Below are positions 7,438-17,403 of a stretch of 64,000 nt of DNA, piece by piece (the stretch's first letter is position 1; every line of letters begins with the position of its first letter). Both the position numbers and the translations under genes were made by a program. The stretch is from Alphaproteobacteria bacterium. Its GTDB lineage: Bacteria > Pseudomonadota > Alphaproteobacteria > JABAAW01 > JAHZMA01. Under the pieces are notes generated by a model. The model had not been told where the DNA came from. It saw only the letters and a list, made by a program, of their open reading frames with translations, and did not search any database. The stretch is taken from contig CBDBHZ010000012.1 in the NCBI GenBank assembly GCA_965205905.1, positions 7,869 to 71,868 of the forward strand. The letters run 5' to 3'.

Positions 7438-9672
7438 TTACCGTCTTTTTTTGCCAATATTTTTGCCAGTATTTTTATTGGCGGGCTTTTTATAGCCACC
7501 TTGCTTACGGTCGTCTTGCTTACGGTCGTTTGGCTTGTCAAATTTTTTGTTACCAAATGTCCGTCCGCCACTGGGTTTTTTATCATCGCTTCTTCTATCG
7601 TCGCTGTTCTTTTTAGAGCGTTTCTTATAAGGCTTTTTGCCGAATTTATCTTTATCCCTATATTTATCTTTACCGTCATCTTTGCCGAGTTTTATATCGT
7701 CAGCAGGTGCGAATGTTACATTGGCGGTGAGAGGGTCTGCCTCCATCACGATAATATCAATCTTTTGTTGGGTGGTGAACAAATCATTCAGCGATGCGCG
7801 TTGTTGATATTGTCCGCGCTGATAGCGTTCGCGTCTTGGAAACAGCAATCTTGCGGGCAAAAACCCCTCGACCCGTGTTTTATCAAGCCTAATAAACAAC
7901 CCTGCTTCGCTGATATGGGTGATGATACCGCTCATTTTCTTATCAATATAGCTTTCAGCCAGTTGCGCACTGTAGCGGTCAAAACAGGAATATTCGCATT
8001 TTTGAGCATTGCGTTCGGTAGCCGAAATATGCGTGCAAATCTCGTCATCAATCATAGGCGGGCTATCTTGATTATCAAGCACAGAACATAATGCGCGATG
8101 CACCAGTAAATCGGCATAGCGTCTGATGGGCGAGGTGAAATGGCAATAATGCTGTAATGCCAATCCAAAATGCCCGATATTTTTGCGCGCATAAACCGCT
8201 TGCGCTTGGGCGCGTAAAGTGGCATCGGTTAGCAATGCGTAAAAGCTTTCGCCTTTGGCGCGCTTTAATAATTGCTGATAATCCTTGCTGTGATTGCCCA
8301 TTCTGTTCGGCATTTCCATCCCTAAATTAAGGGCAGCCTGCCGTAATTCTTCGCCTTTTTCTTTGGAGGGTTTATCATGGATTCGATACACGCAATCTAT
8401 GAGATTTTTGGTTAAAAACTGCGCCACTGCCACATTGGCGGCAATCATGGCTTCTTCAATCATTTGATGCGATTCTAGGCGCGGTGCAGGGCTAATATCA
8501 ACGGGCAGAAAATCCTTATCAAAATTGATACGATATTCGGTTCTATCCAAATCAATCGCGCCACGTTTTTCGCGCTGTAATCGTAATTGTTGATAGGCTT
8601 GATAGAGGCAATCAATTTGTGGCTTTAGCTTATGGGGCTTGAGCGAATCCAGATTGAGTTTTTCGCTTCGCTTGGGCCTGTGGCTGTTGATGATTTTTTC
8701 AGCCTGTTCATAAGTAAGGCGCGCCGCTGAATGAATGGTGGCACGGAAAAAATCACATTCGCCAATCATTCCATTTGACGATATTTGCATTTTCGCCACC
8801 AGCACGGGACGGTCTTGATTTGGCACCAGCGAGCATAAATCATTGCTGAGCCGTTCGGGCAACATTGGCACTGCCATATCGGGGAGATAAACCGAATTGC
8901 CACGTTTTACAGCTTCCTTATCAAGCGGGCTATGGGCGGCAACATAATGGCTAACATCGGCAATTGCCACATATAAAATCAGGCTGTTGCTGTCGTCATC
9001 AGCAGGGGTGGCATAAAGGGCGTCATCAAAATCTTTGGCATCAGCGCCATCTATGGTAACAAAGGGCAGGGCGGTTAAATCAACACGTTTATTTTGCGTG
9101 TTATTATCGGCTTCAAAAGGGGGCAACTGATTTGCCTGTTGCAACATTTCATCGGGGAATTCAAGTGGAATATTAAATTGCGCCAATGTGATATAGCTTA
9201 ACGCATGGGGTTGGCTCTGACTGGATAAGCGCGTGAAAGATTCAATCACCGATTTGATTTTTTCTTGCCGTATCTTTGCGCTGATTAAATCGCCATCTTT
9301 TAAGTCTTGCTTTAGCACCCATGCTTTATCTAGCGGTATATCTAACCGATTTTTACTGGTGCGGCTCATCGCGCTGTGAAACCACCATTCGCTTTGGTTT
9401 TTTACAATCATGCCGATGGTAGCAGCCTCTGCTTGTGGGCTGATAAGATGTAGAATATGGGCGTGGTAACATACATCACCCTCATCATGCAATTCTAGCC
9501 GTGCCAAGATATGGTCGTTGGTTTTAGGTGCAAATTTTTTATGTTTGGCAAGAAAGATAGGTTGGTTAACTTTATAGACGGGGTCAAGCGGTGTTAAAGC
9601 AATATCACCATTGCCATCGGGCGCTGATATTTTTAACCATATAGCCGATGGGTGGGCGGGGGATTTATTCAT
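7438..9672 (-). CDS. rnr: Ribonuclease R
   Basis: 744 aa with an RNB catalytic region (..DGADAKDFDDALYA.., ..HFGLALQHYCHFTSPIRRYADLLVHR..), a C-terminal S1-like segment and a Lys/Arg-rich tail. The ATG abuts the topA stop. Confidence 0.93.
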   Translation of the reverse strand: MNKSPAHPSAIWLKISAPDGNGDIALTPLDPVYKVNQPIFLAKHKKFAPKTNDHILARLELHDEGDVCYHAHILHLISPQAEAATIGMIVKNQSEWWFHSAMSRTSKNRLDIPLDKAWVLKQDLKDGDLISAKIRQEKIKSVIESFTRLSSQSQPHALSYITLAQFNIPLEFPDEMLQQANQLPPFEADNNTQNKRVDLTALPFVTIDGADAKDFDDALYATPADDDSNSLILYVAIADVSHYVAAHSPLDKEAVKRGNSVYLPDMAVPMLPERLSNDLCSLVPNQDRPVLVAKMQISSNGMIGECDFFRATIHSAARLTYEQAEKIINSHRPKRSEKLNLDSLKPHKLKPQIDCLYQAYQQLRLQREKRGAIDLDRTEYRINFDKDFLPVDISPAPRLESHQMIEEAMIAANVAVAQFLTKNLIDCVYRIHDKPSKEKGEELRQAALNLGMEMPNRMGNHSKDYQQLLKRAKGESFYALLTDATLRAQAQAVYARKNIGHFGLALQHYCHFTSPIRRYADLLVHRALCSVLDNQDSPPMIDDEICTHISATERNAQKCEYSCFDRYSAQLAESYIDKKMSGIITHISEAGLFIRLDKTRVEGFLPARLLFPRRERYQRGQYQQRASLNDLFTTQQKIDIIVMEADPLTANVTFAPADDIKLGKDDGKDKYRDKDKFGKKPYKKRSKKNSDDRRSDDKKPSGGRTFGNKKFDKPNDRKQDDRKQGGYKKPANKNTGKNIGKKRR

Positions 9673-12414
9673 TTATTTTTTTGTCTGCTTCTTCGTTGTC
9701 GTTGTTGTTTTTTTGGCAGTTGTCTTTTTCGCAGGTGCTTTTTTCTTTGCCGCTGGTTTTTTTGCAGGTGCTTTCTTAACAGGGGCTTTCACCACTATCT
9801 TTTTCGCGCCCTGTGCCAGTAATTCCAGTGCGGTTTCAAAATCGGTGCTTTGTGCATCGGCTTTGCGCCCCACCGCCGCATGTTCATCGTGATGCTGAAT
9901 GTAATAGCCATAGCGTCCGTAACGCAATAACACATCATGCCCGCTATCAGGGTGCGTGCCTAATACAACACCGCGTTTTTTCTTCAGGGTCTCACTCACC
10001 AAATCAACGGCACGGTTGATGCCAATTTCTAGCACATCATCAGATTTAAGCGAGACAAAATCATTGCCGACTTTCAAGAATGGACCAAATCGCCCGATAC
10101 CACCCGTAATCATTTCAGCCGTTTCAGGATAAATGCCAATCTCGCGTGGCAATGCCAATAATTGCACGGCTAAATCCATCGTAACATGGTTGGCATTATA
10201 GATGCGTGGCAGGGGTGCGCGTCTGGGTTTAGGGGCGACTGGTTTTTTCTTCCTGCCTTTTGTTTTTTTCTCTGGTTCTGGCGTTTCTTCTTTTTGGGCT
10301 TCAGCAGGGTCTAGCTCTGGCTCTTGTTGCAGATACAACCCGTAAGGCCCTTTACGCAGGCTGATTTCTTGCCCATTAACAGGGTGCGCGCCTAATATTT
10401 TGGGGAATATCATCTCGCCATCAGCGCCATCTTGCGCGTCTGCCTCCTCGCCTAATTGCCCGGTATAGCGGCATTCAGGATATTGGTCGCAAGCGATAAA
10501 TGCCCCGAATTTACCTGTGCGGAGCGATAAACGCCCTTCTTTGCATGATGGGCATTTGCGCTTTTCCTCACTGGTTTTATCATCAGTGGCAGCAAAATAA
10601 TGAAAAGCAAGTTTCTCATCAAGCTGTTTGCTAACATCAGCGGGTGTTACTTCTTCAACCCTATCAATCAGCTTGCCCATATCAGCCCAAAATGTGTTAA
10701 GCAGGCTTTTCCATTGCATCGCGCCATGCGAAATCTCATCAAGCTTATCTTCCAAATCAGCGGTGAAATCATACTCAACTTGCTCTGGAAAATACAGCTC
10801 TAGGAAGCTGACAATGATGCGCCCAATATCATCAGGGATAAAGCGTTTTTTATCCAGATGCACATATTTGCGATTAACCAGCACCTGCAAGATTGAGGCA
10901 TAGGTTGAGGGACGCCCGATGCCCAATTCTTCCAGTTTTTTCACCAAAGACGCATCAGAATAGCGGGGCGGGGGTTGCGTAAAATGTTGGCTTGGCGTTA
11001 CATTTTGCTTGTTTAACGCCTCATTCTCGGTAAGGGGTGGCAGTAAGCGATTCTCGTCATTTTCCTGCTGTTGGGTGTCGCCATCTTTAGTGTTGGGTTC
11101 ATCATCACGCGATTCCATGTAAAGCCGTGTAAAACCATCAAATAGCATCACCGAGCCATTGGCGCGAAAATTGATTTTTTTATCTTCATTGGCAATATCA
11201 GCCGCCACTTTTGCAAATTGAGCATTTGCCATTTGCGTGGCAAGGGCGCGCTTCCAAATCAACTCATACAGTTTGGCTTGGTCAGCATCTAGGAATTGCC
11301 GAATATCGCTAGGCGCATATTCAAAATGGGTCGGGCGAATGGCTTCATGTGCCTCTTGCGCGTTTTTCACCTTGCTTTTATAGCGGCGCGGACTATCAAG
11401 CAGATATTTCTTGCCAAATTTTTGCGAAACCAGTGAGGTGGCGTTTTGCACTGCCTCATCAGAAAGGTTCACCGAATCCGTCCGCATATAGCTAATCAGC
11501 CCGATGGTTTTGCCTTTAATATTAATGCCCTCATATAATTTTTGCGCCACCATCATGGTATGTTGTGCGCGGAAATATAATTTACGCGCCGCTTCTTGTT
11601 GCAAAGTTGAGGTGGTGAAAGGTGGGGGTGGGCTACGTTGCACATTGCTTTTTTTAATGTGAACAATGCTGTAATTCTGTGCCTCACATGCTGATGTGAT
11701 GCGGGTGGCATCTTCTTGGTTGTTGATTGAAAATTTGCCTAATTTTTCGCCATCAAAATGAGTGAGGCGGGCAGGAAACGCTATTTTTTCTTGGTTTTTT
11801 TCGGGGTTTTTCTGGAATTGCGCTTCCACCGTCCAAAATTCTTGTGGATTAAATAATTCAATCTCATTCTCGCGCTCACATACCAACCGAAGCGCCACCG
11901 ATTGCACGCGCCCTGCCGAACGGGCGGCACGCGATATTTTGCGCCATAATAAAGGTGAGATTGAGAAACCCACCAAATAATCTAAGGCACGGCGGGCAAG
12001 ATAGGCATCTACCAAATCCTGATTGATGGCACGGGCATTGGCAATCGCTTTTTGGATCGCGGTTTTGGTGATTTCGTGAAACACCACACGTTCGGTGGTT
12101 TTGTTTTTCAGCTTATCTTGCAACACAGAATGTAAATGCCATGCAATCGCTTCACCCTCGCGGTCAGGGTCGGTGGCAAGAATAAGTTTATTCGCTGATT
12201 TTAACGCGGTCTCGATTTGCTTTAGGCGCGGGGCAGCGCGTTCGCTAAGCTCCCACCGCATCGCGAAATCTTCTTCAGGCAATACCGAGCCTTTTTTAGA
12301 AGGCAAATCGCGGATATGCCCATAGCTAGCCAACACCTGATAGTCTTTACCCAAATAGCCAGCGATGGTTTTGGCTTTGGCAGGCGATTCCACAATGACA
12401 AGATTTTCAGCCAT
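9673..12414 (-). CDS. topA: DNA topoisomerase I
   Basis: 913 aa. It has the TOPRIM N-terminus MAENLVIVESPAKAKTIAGYLG..., ..SYGHIRDLP.., the active-site region ..ISYMRTDS.., a Zn-ribbon (CPSCKEGRL..) and a C-terminal AKKP-type lysine-rich tail. Confidence 0.96.
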   Translation of the reverse strand: MAENLVIVESPAKAKTIAGYLGKDYQVLASYGHIRDLPSKKGSVLPEEDFAMRWELSERAAPRLKQIETALKSANKLILATDPDREGEAIAWHLHSVLQDKLKNKTTERVVFHEITKTAIQKAIANARAINQDLVDAYLARRALDYLVGFSISPLLWRKISRAARSAGRVQSVALRLVCERENEIELFNPQEFWTVEAQFQKNPEKNQEKIAFPARLTHFDGEKLGKFSINNQEDATRITSACEAQNYSIVHIKKSNVQRSPPPPFTTSTLQQEAARKLYFRAQHTMMVAQKLYEGINIKGKTIGLISYMRTDSVNLSDEAVQNATSLVSQKFGKKYLLDSPRRYKSKVKNAQEAHEAIRPTHFEYAPSDIRQFLDADQAKLYELIWKRALATQMANAQFAKVAADIANEDKKINFRANGSVMLFDGFTRLYMESRDDEPNTKDGDTQQQENDENRLLPPLTENEALNKQNVTPSQHFTQPPPRYSDASLVKKLEELGIGRPSTYASILQVLVNRKYVHLDKKRFIPDDIGRIIVSFLELYFPEQVEYDFTADLEDKLDEISHGAMQWKSLLNTFWADMGKLIDRVEEVTPADVSKQLDEKLAFHYFAATDDKTSEEKRKCPSCKEGRLSLRTGKFGAFIACDQYPECRYTGQLGEEADAQDGADGEMIFPKILGAHPVNGQEISLRKGPYGLYLQQEPELDPAEAQKEETPEPEKKTKGRKKKPVAPKPRRAPLPRIYNANHVTMDLAVQLLALPREIGIYPETAEMITGGIGRFGPFLKVGNDFVSLKSDDVLEIGINRAVDLVSETLKKKRGVVLGTHPDSGHDVLLRYGRYGYYIQHHDEHAAVGRKADAQSTDFETALELLAQGAKKIVVKAPVKKAPAKKPAAKKKAPAKKTTAKKTTTTTKKQTKK

Positions 12415-12557
12415 AAAATTATTCCGTTAATGATACAAATAAGCCTACTCTTTACAGCAAAAGCAAGTAAAAGGCAAACATTATCATATAAAATTAAAAC
12501 CATTATGAAAATCAGGTTGAGAGTTGCTTTTTTTATGTGCATCACTATAATGCCCGA

Positions 12558-14105
12558 ATGAACATGTTAAAACAATATATCGTTAAGGGCTTTCAGTTTA
12601 TTTTTGCCCTTAATATCAGCCCATTATTATTTATGGTTTTGTTTAGTTGGGCATTCCTGCTAGATATGTTAGAGCGCAATGGGCATTTGATGCGCCCGAG
12701 TGATACGCTATTATTTTTTGCCTATGGGTGCATCATTGTATTATTGCAATATTTCATGGCTCTTAGAATCAAACCATATTGTAAACATATCAATATTTAT
12801 TATGCCGTCATCACATTATTATTTATTGTTAATCTGCTTGGTTTTTATTTGTTAAGTTACGGACGATATATACAAGCACCATTATTTGGGCAAATAGTAA
12901 CATTATTAATAGTCGGAGGGTTGTTTTACATCATTATTAAATATAGCGAGAAATGGGTGTTCTTTATCACATTATTGCTGATTTATTCATTATTTATTGC
13001 AGGCGCAGTTTCGGGCAAAACAAAACTTCTTGATAAGATAAATGCAACGCAAATTGCATTGCCAGAAAATTATACGCCGCAAAATTTTAGCAAAAAGCCG
13101 AATATTTACCTGCTCTCGTTCGATGCCATGATGCCACAGAATGTCGCGCAAAAATTGCTTAATTTGCAACCATCAGAAATACCTACATATTTTGATGTTT
13201 TGCAACAAAATGATGCTGTTATTATCCCCAATGCTTTCACATATTTACCGAAAACCTCCAGCTCATTTTCATCATTGCTTGCATTAGATATTGAATGGTA
13301 TCGCGCATTATATCAGAAATATATAAATTACGGTGCCGAAATGGTAACGGGCGCACGCTGGACACCTACCTATGATATTTTTGACCGCAATGGCTATGAT
13401 TTGCAGATGGTTTATGAGAGTGATTTTTTTATCAGCCCATTAAGGATTGAAAATAAAAAAGTAACTTACTGGTATAAAACCAAAGGTGAAGGATTTTGCA
13501 AACATATTGACCTTGCTTATTCATTATGGGGATATTGTGCGCTTAAATCTGTGTTTGTTGAAATTATCAATGCCAATAACAATATTGATAATATCTATCA
13601 TGATAGGTTGCAAGCGGCGGCACAGTCAGCAAAGCCAACATTTACATTTGCCTATACTTTTGTGCCGGGGCATACAACGGCATCGCATAATGGCAATGAT
13701 TTAGAACAGGTGGCGGAATATAAGCAGGATTTTTTACTTAATAGTATCGAAGCCGCAAAATATCTGCAAAATTATATTGATATTATTCGCGCTGATGATA
13801 AGGATGGCATTATCATCATTTTTGGTGATCATGGCGCTTGGATAACCAGAGGGATTGATGCCGATAATATCCCTGCCGATAGCCTTTATGGTAAAACAGA
13901 TATTGTGCAAGATAAGTATGGGGTGTTGCTTGCAGTGCTTGACCCACATGGGTGTAAGATTGCCGATAGGGTTGTAACCACATTGCCCGATATGATGTAT
14001 CATCTTATCACTTGCTTAACGGGTGGCAAACCAGTGCTGAAAGAACGTTATGATAGCGAGGCTGAATTTATCGACTATCTCTACGACTCTATTTCATCAC
14101 AATAG
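12558..14105 (+). CDS. Membrane enzyme, 5 TM plus alkaline-phosphatase-superfamily (sulfatase/LtaS/ENPP-like) domain, paralog 1
   Basis: ORF track starts at GTG 12537. ATG 12558 or 12564 aligns better with paralogs 3 and 4 (MW(L/Q)QK...LLDMLERNG). Five hydrophobic helices precede PNIYLLSFDAMMP (metal Asp), LPKTSSSFSSLLALD (Ser/Thr nucleophile region), VPGHT and FGDHGAW. Confidence 0.7.
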   Translation: MNMLKQYIVKGFQFIFALNISPLLFMVLFSWAFLLDMLERNGHLMRPSDTLLFFAYGCIIVLLQYFMALRIKPYCKHINIYYAVITLLFIVNLLGFYLLSYGRYIQAPLFGQIVTLLIVGGLFYIIIKYSEKWVFFITLLLIYSLFIAGAVSGKTKLLDKINATQIALPENYTPQNFSKKPNIYLLSFDAMMPQNVAQKLLNLQPSEIPTYFDVLQQNDAVIIPNAFTYLPKTSSSFSSLLALDIEWYRALYQKYINYGAEMVTGARWTPTYDIFDRNGYDLQMVYESDFFISPLRIENKKVTYWYKTKGEGFCKHIDLAYSLWGYCALKSVFVEIINANNNIDNIYHDRLQAAAQSAKPTFTFAYTFVPGHTTASHNGNDLEQVAEYKQDFLLNSIEAAKYLQNYIDIIRADDKDGIIIIFGDHGAWITRGIDADNIPADSLYGKTDIVQDKYGVLLAVLDPHGCKIADRVVTTLPDMMYHLITCLTGGKPVLKERYDSEAEFIDYLYDSISSQ

Positions 14106-14186
14106 CTTTGATTTGATGGTTGCTTTTTAAAGTTAATTATATTATACAGTTTTAGATGCGATGTTTTTTCTTAAAAGGAGTGCCAA

Positions 14187-14423
14187 ATGAAAAAGAATAA
14201 GATGAAAAATAAATATTTATTATGTTTGCCAGTATGTGTAGGATTGTTGCCATTAAACGCATACGCCTATCTTGACCCCGGCACAACGGGCATTATTCTA
14301 CAAGCATTGATTGGCGGGTTTGTGGCGACAATGGCAGTTTTATCGGTGATGCGCCATAGAATCACTACTTTTTTCAAGAATTTGTTCGGCAAAAAGCCTG
14401 ATAGCAACTCTGAAGAAAAATAA
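14187..14423 (+). CDS. Small membrane protein (78 aa), signal-like N-terminus plus YLDPGTTG motif plus TM helix
   Basis: AAGGAG lies 7 nt upstream of the ATG. The sequence has a hydrophobic N-terminus (..LLCLPVCVGLLPLNAYA), then YLDPGTTGIILQALIGGFVATMAVLSV and a basic tail. The stop is 6 nt before the methyltransferase ATG. Confidence 0.5.
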   Translation: MKKNKMKNKYLLCLPVCVGLLPLNAYAYLDPGTTGIILQALIGGFVATMAVLSVMRHRITTFFKNLFGKKPDSNSEEK

Positions 14424-14429
14424 AAATTG

Positions 14430-15830
14430 ATGGCACAAAAAGATAAAGGTTCTTTTCGCGACCCCTCTGGGCATGTGTTCACGCATCAAGGCAGAATATT
14501 AAGAAGCGTTACCAAACATGGCGCAGAAAAATATGAAGCAGTGCGCGATGCGGGTTTGCTTGATGCGCTTTACGATAAAGGGTTTATTGTTAAAACCACC
14601 GAACTTAGCGCGCAAGAACAAAAGAAGCTAGATATTGCTGATGGTGATGTAAAATATTTACTAGAGCATGAAAAAATCCCTTATATTTCGTATCCTTACG
14701 AATGGAGTTTTGAGCAATTAAAAACTGCCGCTTTGCATCATTTGGAAATGCAATTATTTTGCTTCGATAAAGGTTTCATACTAAGCGATGCCACCGCTTA
14801 TAATATCCAATTTATTGGTGCGCGCCCGGTATTTATTGATATTTTATCGTTGCGCCCTTACCAGCAGGGTGAATTTTGGCAGGGCTATCAACAATTTTCT
14901 ATGCAGTTTTTATATCCGCTGATTTTACAGGCAAAAGTTGGTATTAATTATCAGGCGCTGTATCGTGGCGGATTTGAAGGCATCAGCGCAACTGATTTAC
15001 ACGCCATGCTTTCATGGCGCGATAAATTATCATTATTGACTTATTTGCATGTTACATTGCCCGCGAAATTAGATAAAAAACGCATTAATAATCCTGATGG
15101 GGTGATGAAAAATGCCGCCAAGCAAAGACAATTAAGCGCAAATGCCTATCGCGGATTTTTGGGTGCGATGTTGCGGGCAGTATCGGGGCTTAAACCCAAA
15201 GGCAAAAACAGAACTGTGTGGAATAATTACGAGATTGAACAGACTTATGTCAGCGATGAATTGCAACAAAAGCGTGATTTCGTGGCAAAATTTGTGAAGG
15301 CTGAAAAACCCAATATGCTTTTTGATATTGGCTGTAATTTAGGCGGTTATTCGTTGTTGGCACGTGAATCGGGTGCTGAATATGTGGTTGGTTTTGATTT
15401 TGATAGTGGCGCGATTGATGTTTCGTATCAGCGCGCTTCAAAGGTTGATAATTTTCTGCCGTTATTATTTGATGCTGCCAATCCTACGCCGTCTATCGGC
15501 TGGCGCGAGACGGAACGGCAAAGCTTTAGCGGCCGTGCCAATGCTGATGCTTTGGTTGCCTTAGCGTTTGAGCATCATCTGGTGATTGCCAAAAATATCC
15601 CAATGGCTGATTTTATCGATTGGTTGCTATCGCTGGCAAAAAGCGGTGTGGTAGAATTTGTGCCAAAAAATGATGAGACTGTGCAGAAAATGCTGACCTT
15701 GCGCGAAGATATTTTTCATGATTATACCCAAGAAAATTTTGAAAAATTATTGCAGCAATCAGCAAAAATTATTGAGCAAAAAATCATATCAGCATCAGGG
15801 CGCACGCTTTATTGGTATCAACAAAAATAG
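14430..15830 (+). CDS. Class I SAM-dependent methyltransferase (about 466 aa) with N-terminal FRDPSG domain
   Basis: LFDIGCNLGGYSLLA matches SAM-binding motif I. A long N-terminal domain begins ..KGSFRDPSGHVF... ATG is at 14430; the track uses TTG 14427. Confidence 0.7.
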   Translation: MAQKDKGSFRDPSGHVFTHQGRILRSVTKHGAEKYEAVRDAGLLDALYDKGFIVKTTELSAQEQKKLDIADGDVKYLLEHEKIPYISYPYEWSFEQLKTAALHHLEMQLFCFDKGFILSDATAYNIQFIGARPVFIDILSLRPYQQGEFWQGYQQFSMQFLYPLILQAKVGINYQALYRGGFEGISATDLHAMLSWRDKLSLLTYLHVTLPAKLDKKRINNPDGVMKNAAKQRQLSANAYRGFLGAMLRAVSGLKPKGKNRTVWNNYEIEQTYVSDELQQKRDFVAKFVKAEKPNMLFDIGCNLGGYSLLARESGAEYVVGFDFDSGAIDVSYQRASKVDNFLPLLFDAANPTPSIGWRETERQSFSGRANADALVALAFEHHLVIAKNIPMADFIDWLLSLAKSGVVEFVPKNDETVQKMLTLREDIFHDYTQENFEKLLQQSAKIIEQKIISASGRTLYWYQQK

Positions 15831-15839
15831 TAGTTTAGA

Positions 15840-17402
15840 ATGAAGATGTTTAAGAAAATCCTGTTTGGTGCTTCAAAATCAGTCAATCAATTACGACCCG
15901 GTATTTTCACTGTTTTGATGAGTCTGTTCCTGTTTTTAGCCTTGCTAGAAAAGGGCGGTCAGCAATTAAATCCAAGCGAAACATGGTATATGTTTTTTTA
16001 TATTTGCGCTATTTTACTGGTGCAATTTATCATTTTAACATTTGCGCGTATCAAGAAAATCTCGGCGGTGCGCTTTGATTTATTGGCAACATTTTTCTTT
16101 ACTGCTAATTTATTTTTTATCTATTTGGCGAATTATCCTAGTTTTTTAGAAGCCAATATGTTGCTACAGCTTTTGTTGTTGGCGGGTGTCATGTTGTTTT
16201 TCTATGCGATGATTCACTATTCGCAAGGGTGGGTGTTATCACTATGGTTGGCATTGATGATTTTTACCACCGTAGAAGATATTTTTGACAAGCATAGCTA
16301 TTTGCTTGATAAAATATTGCCACCACCCTTGCATGAATTGCCATCAAATTATCAGTTTCAGGAATTCACCCATAAGCCAAATGTCTATATATTAGGTTTT
16401 GATGCCTTGCTCCCCGAAATTTTAGCGCGTGATATGATTGAATATGGTGACGAAGCTATCGGCTATATTGATGCGCTGAATGAAGTTGGTGCCAAAATTA
16501 TCCCCAATAGTTTCACCCATATCCCCTATACGATTGGCAGCTATTCATCATTATTGGCGTTGGATATTGACTGGTATAATAATATTTATGGTGGCTATTA
16601 TCGCACGGGGCGCGAGATGATTAGGGGCGTGCAACTCACGCCAACCTATGATGTGTTTCATAAAAATGGCTATGATTTGCGTCTGCTATATTATTCTGAT
16701 TATTTTAAAAGTGCGTTTAATGTTGGTGATGGCGAAAACCCCGTGCAGTATGAATTTTTTCAAGGTGGCGGTATTTGCAATCATGTTAATTCGCCCTATG
16801 CGTTCTGGGGATTTTGCTATGTTGCCTTGCATAATAATAAGCAAGAAACCCATGAATATACCAGTGAAGAAGAGTTTCATTATGGCGAGTTAGAAAAATC
16901 TGCTTATATGGCGGTGCAAACCAATACGCCAACGCTTACCGTGTTTCATACCCAGCATCCGGGACATACTTATGGTAAATATAGCGTACGCAACCGCGCC
17001 GATGTTGAGGCTTATTTTGACTATTACCGCGAGGGTGCTAGCAACGTGGCGCGCTATATCAAGGATTATGTTGGGCTTATCCGCAAACATGACCCCGATG
17101 GTATTATTGTGATGATCAGCGACCATGGCACTTTTTTAACCAAAGGCATTGATGCTGATAATATCCCTGCTGATAGCCGCTATGATGCCAAAGATATTTT
17201 TAACGATTATCATGCGGTAACCATTGCCACGCTTGACCCGCTGGGGTGCCAAATTGCAGGCGACATTGTAACCACATTGCCCGATATGGTGAATAATCTC
17301 ATTACCTGTTTAACGGGTGGCAAATCAGTGCTGAAAAAGCGATATGATAGCGAAACTGAATTTATTGATTATCTCTACGACCCTTTAATTATCGGCAATT
17401 AA
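15840..17402 (+). CDS. Membrane enzyme, 5 TM plus alkaline-phosphatase-superfamily domain, paralog 2 (most divergent)
   Basis: Same architecture as paralog 1. Motifs are PNVYILGFDALLP, IPYTIGSYSSLLALD, HPGHT, ISDHGTF and the shared C-terminal block IVTTLPDMVNNLITCLTGGKSVLKKRYDSETEFIDYLYD. Confidence 0.7.
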   Translation: MKMFKKILFGASKSVNQLRPGIFTVLMSLFLFLALLEKGGQQLNPSETWYMFFYICAILLVQFIILTFARIKKISAVRFDLLATFFFTANLFFIYLANYPSFLEANMLLQLLLLAGVMLFFYAMIHYSQGWVLSLWLALMIFTTVEDIFDKHSYLLDKILPPPLHELPSNYQFQEFTHKPNVYILGFDALLPEILARDMIEYGDEAIGYIDALNEVGAKIIPNSFTHIPYTIGSYSSLLALDIDWYNNIYGGYYRTGREMIRGVQLTPTYDVFHKNGYDLRLLYYSDYFKSAFNVGDGENPVQYEFFQGGGICNHVNSPYAFWGFCYVALHNNKQETHEYTSEEEFHYGELEKSAYMAVQTNTPTLTVFHTQHPGHTYGKYSVRNRADVEAYFDYYREGASNVARYIKDYVGLIRKHDPDGIIVMISDHGTFLTKGIDADNIPADSRYDAKDIFNDYHAVTIATLDPLGCQIAGDIVTTLPDMVNNLITCLTGGKSVLKKRYDSETEFIDYLYDPLIIGN

Positions 17403-17403
17403 C

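Noticed and set aside
7501-8091. 196-aa plus-strand ORF inside rnr (similar cases: 45311..45721 and 53225..53635 inside the amidases, 62724..63182 inside the thiolase)
   Set aside because: These are antisense shadows of confidently identified genes. They lack RBS and any recognisable domain.
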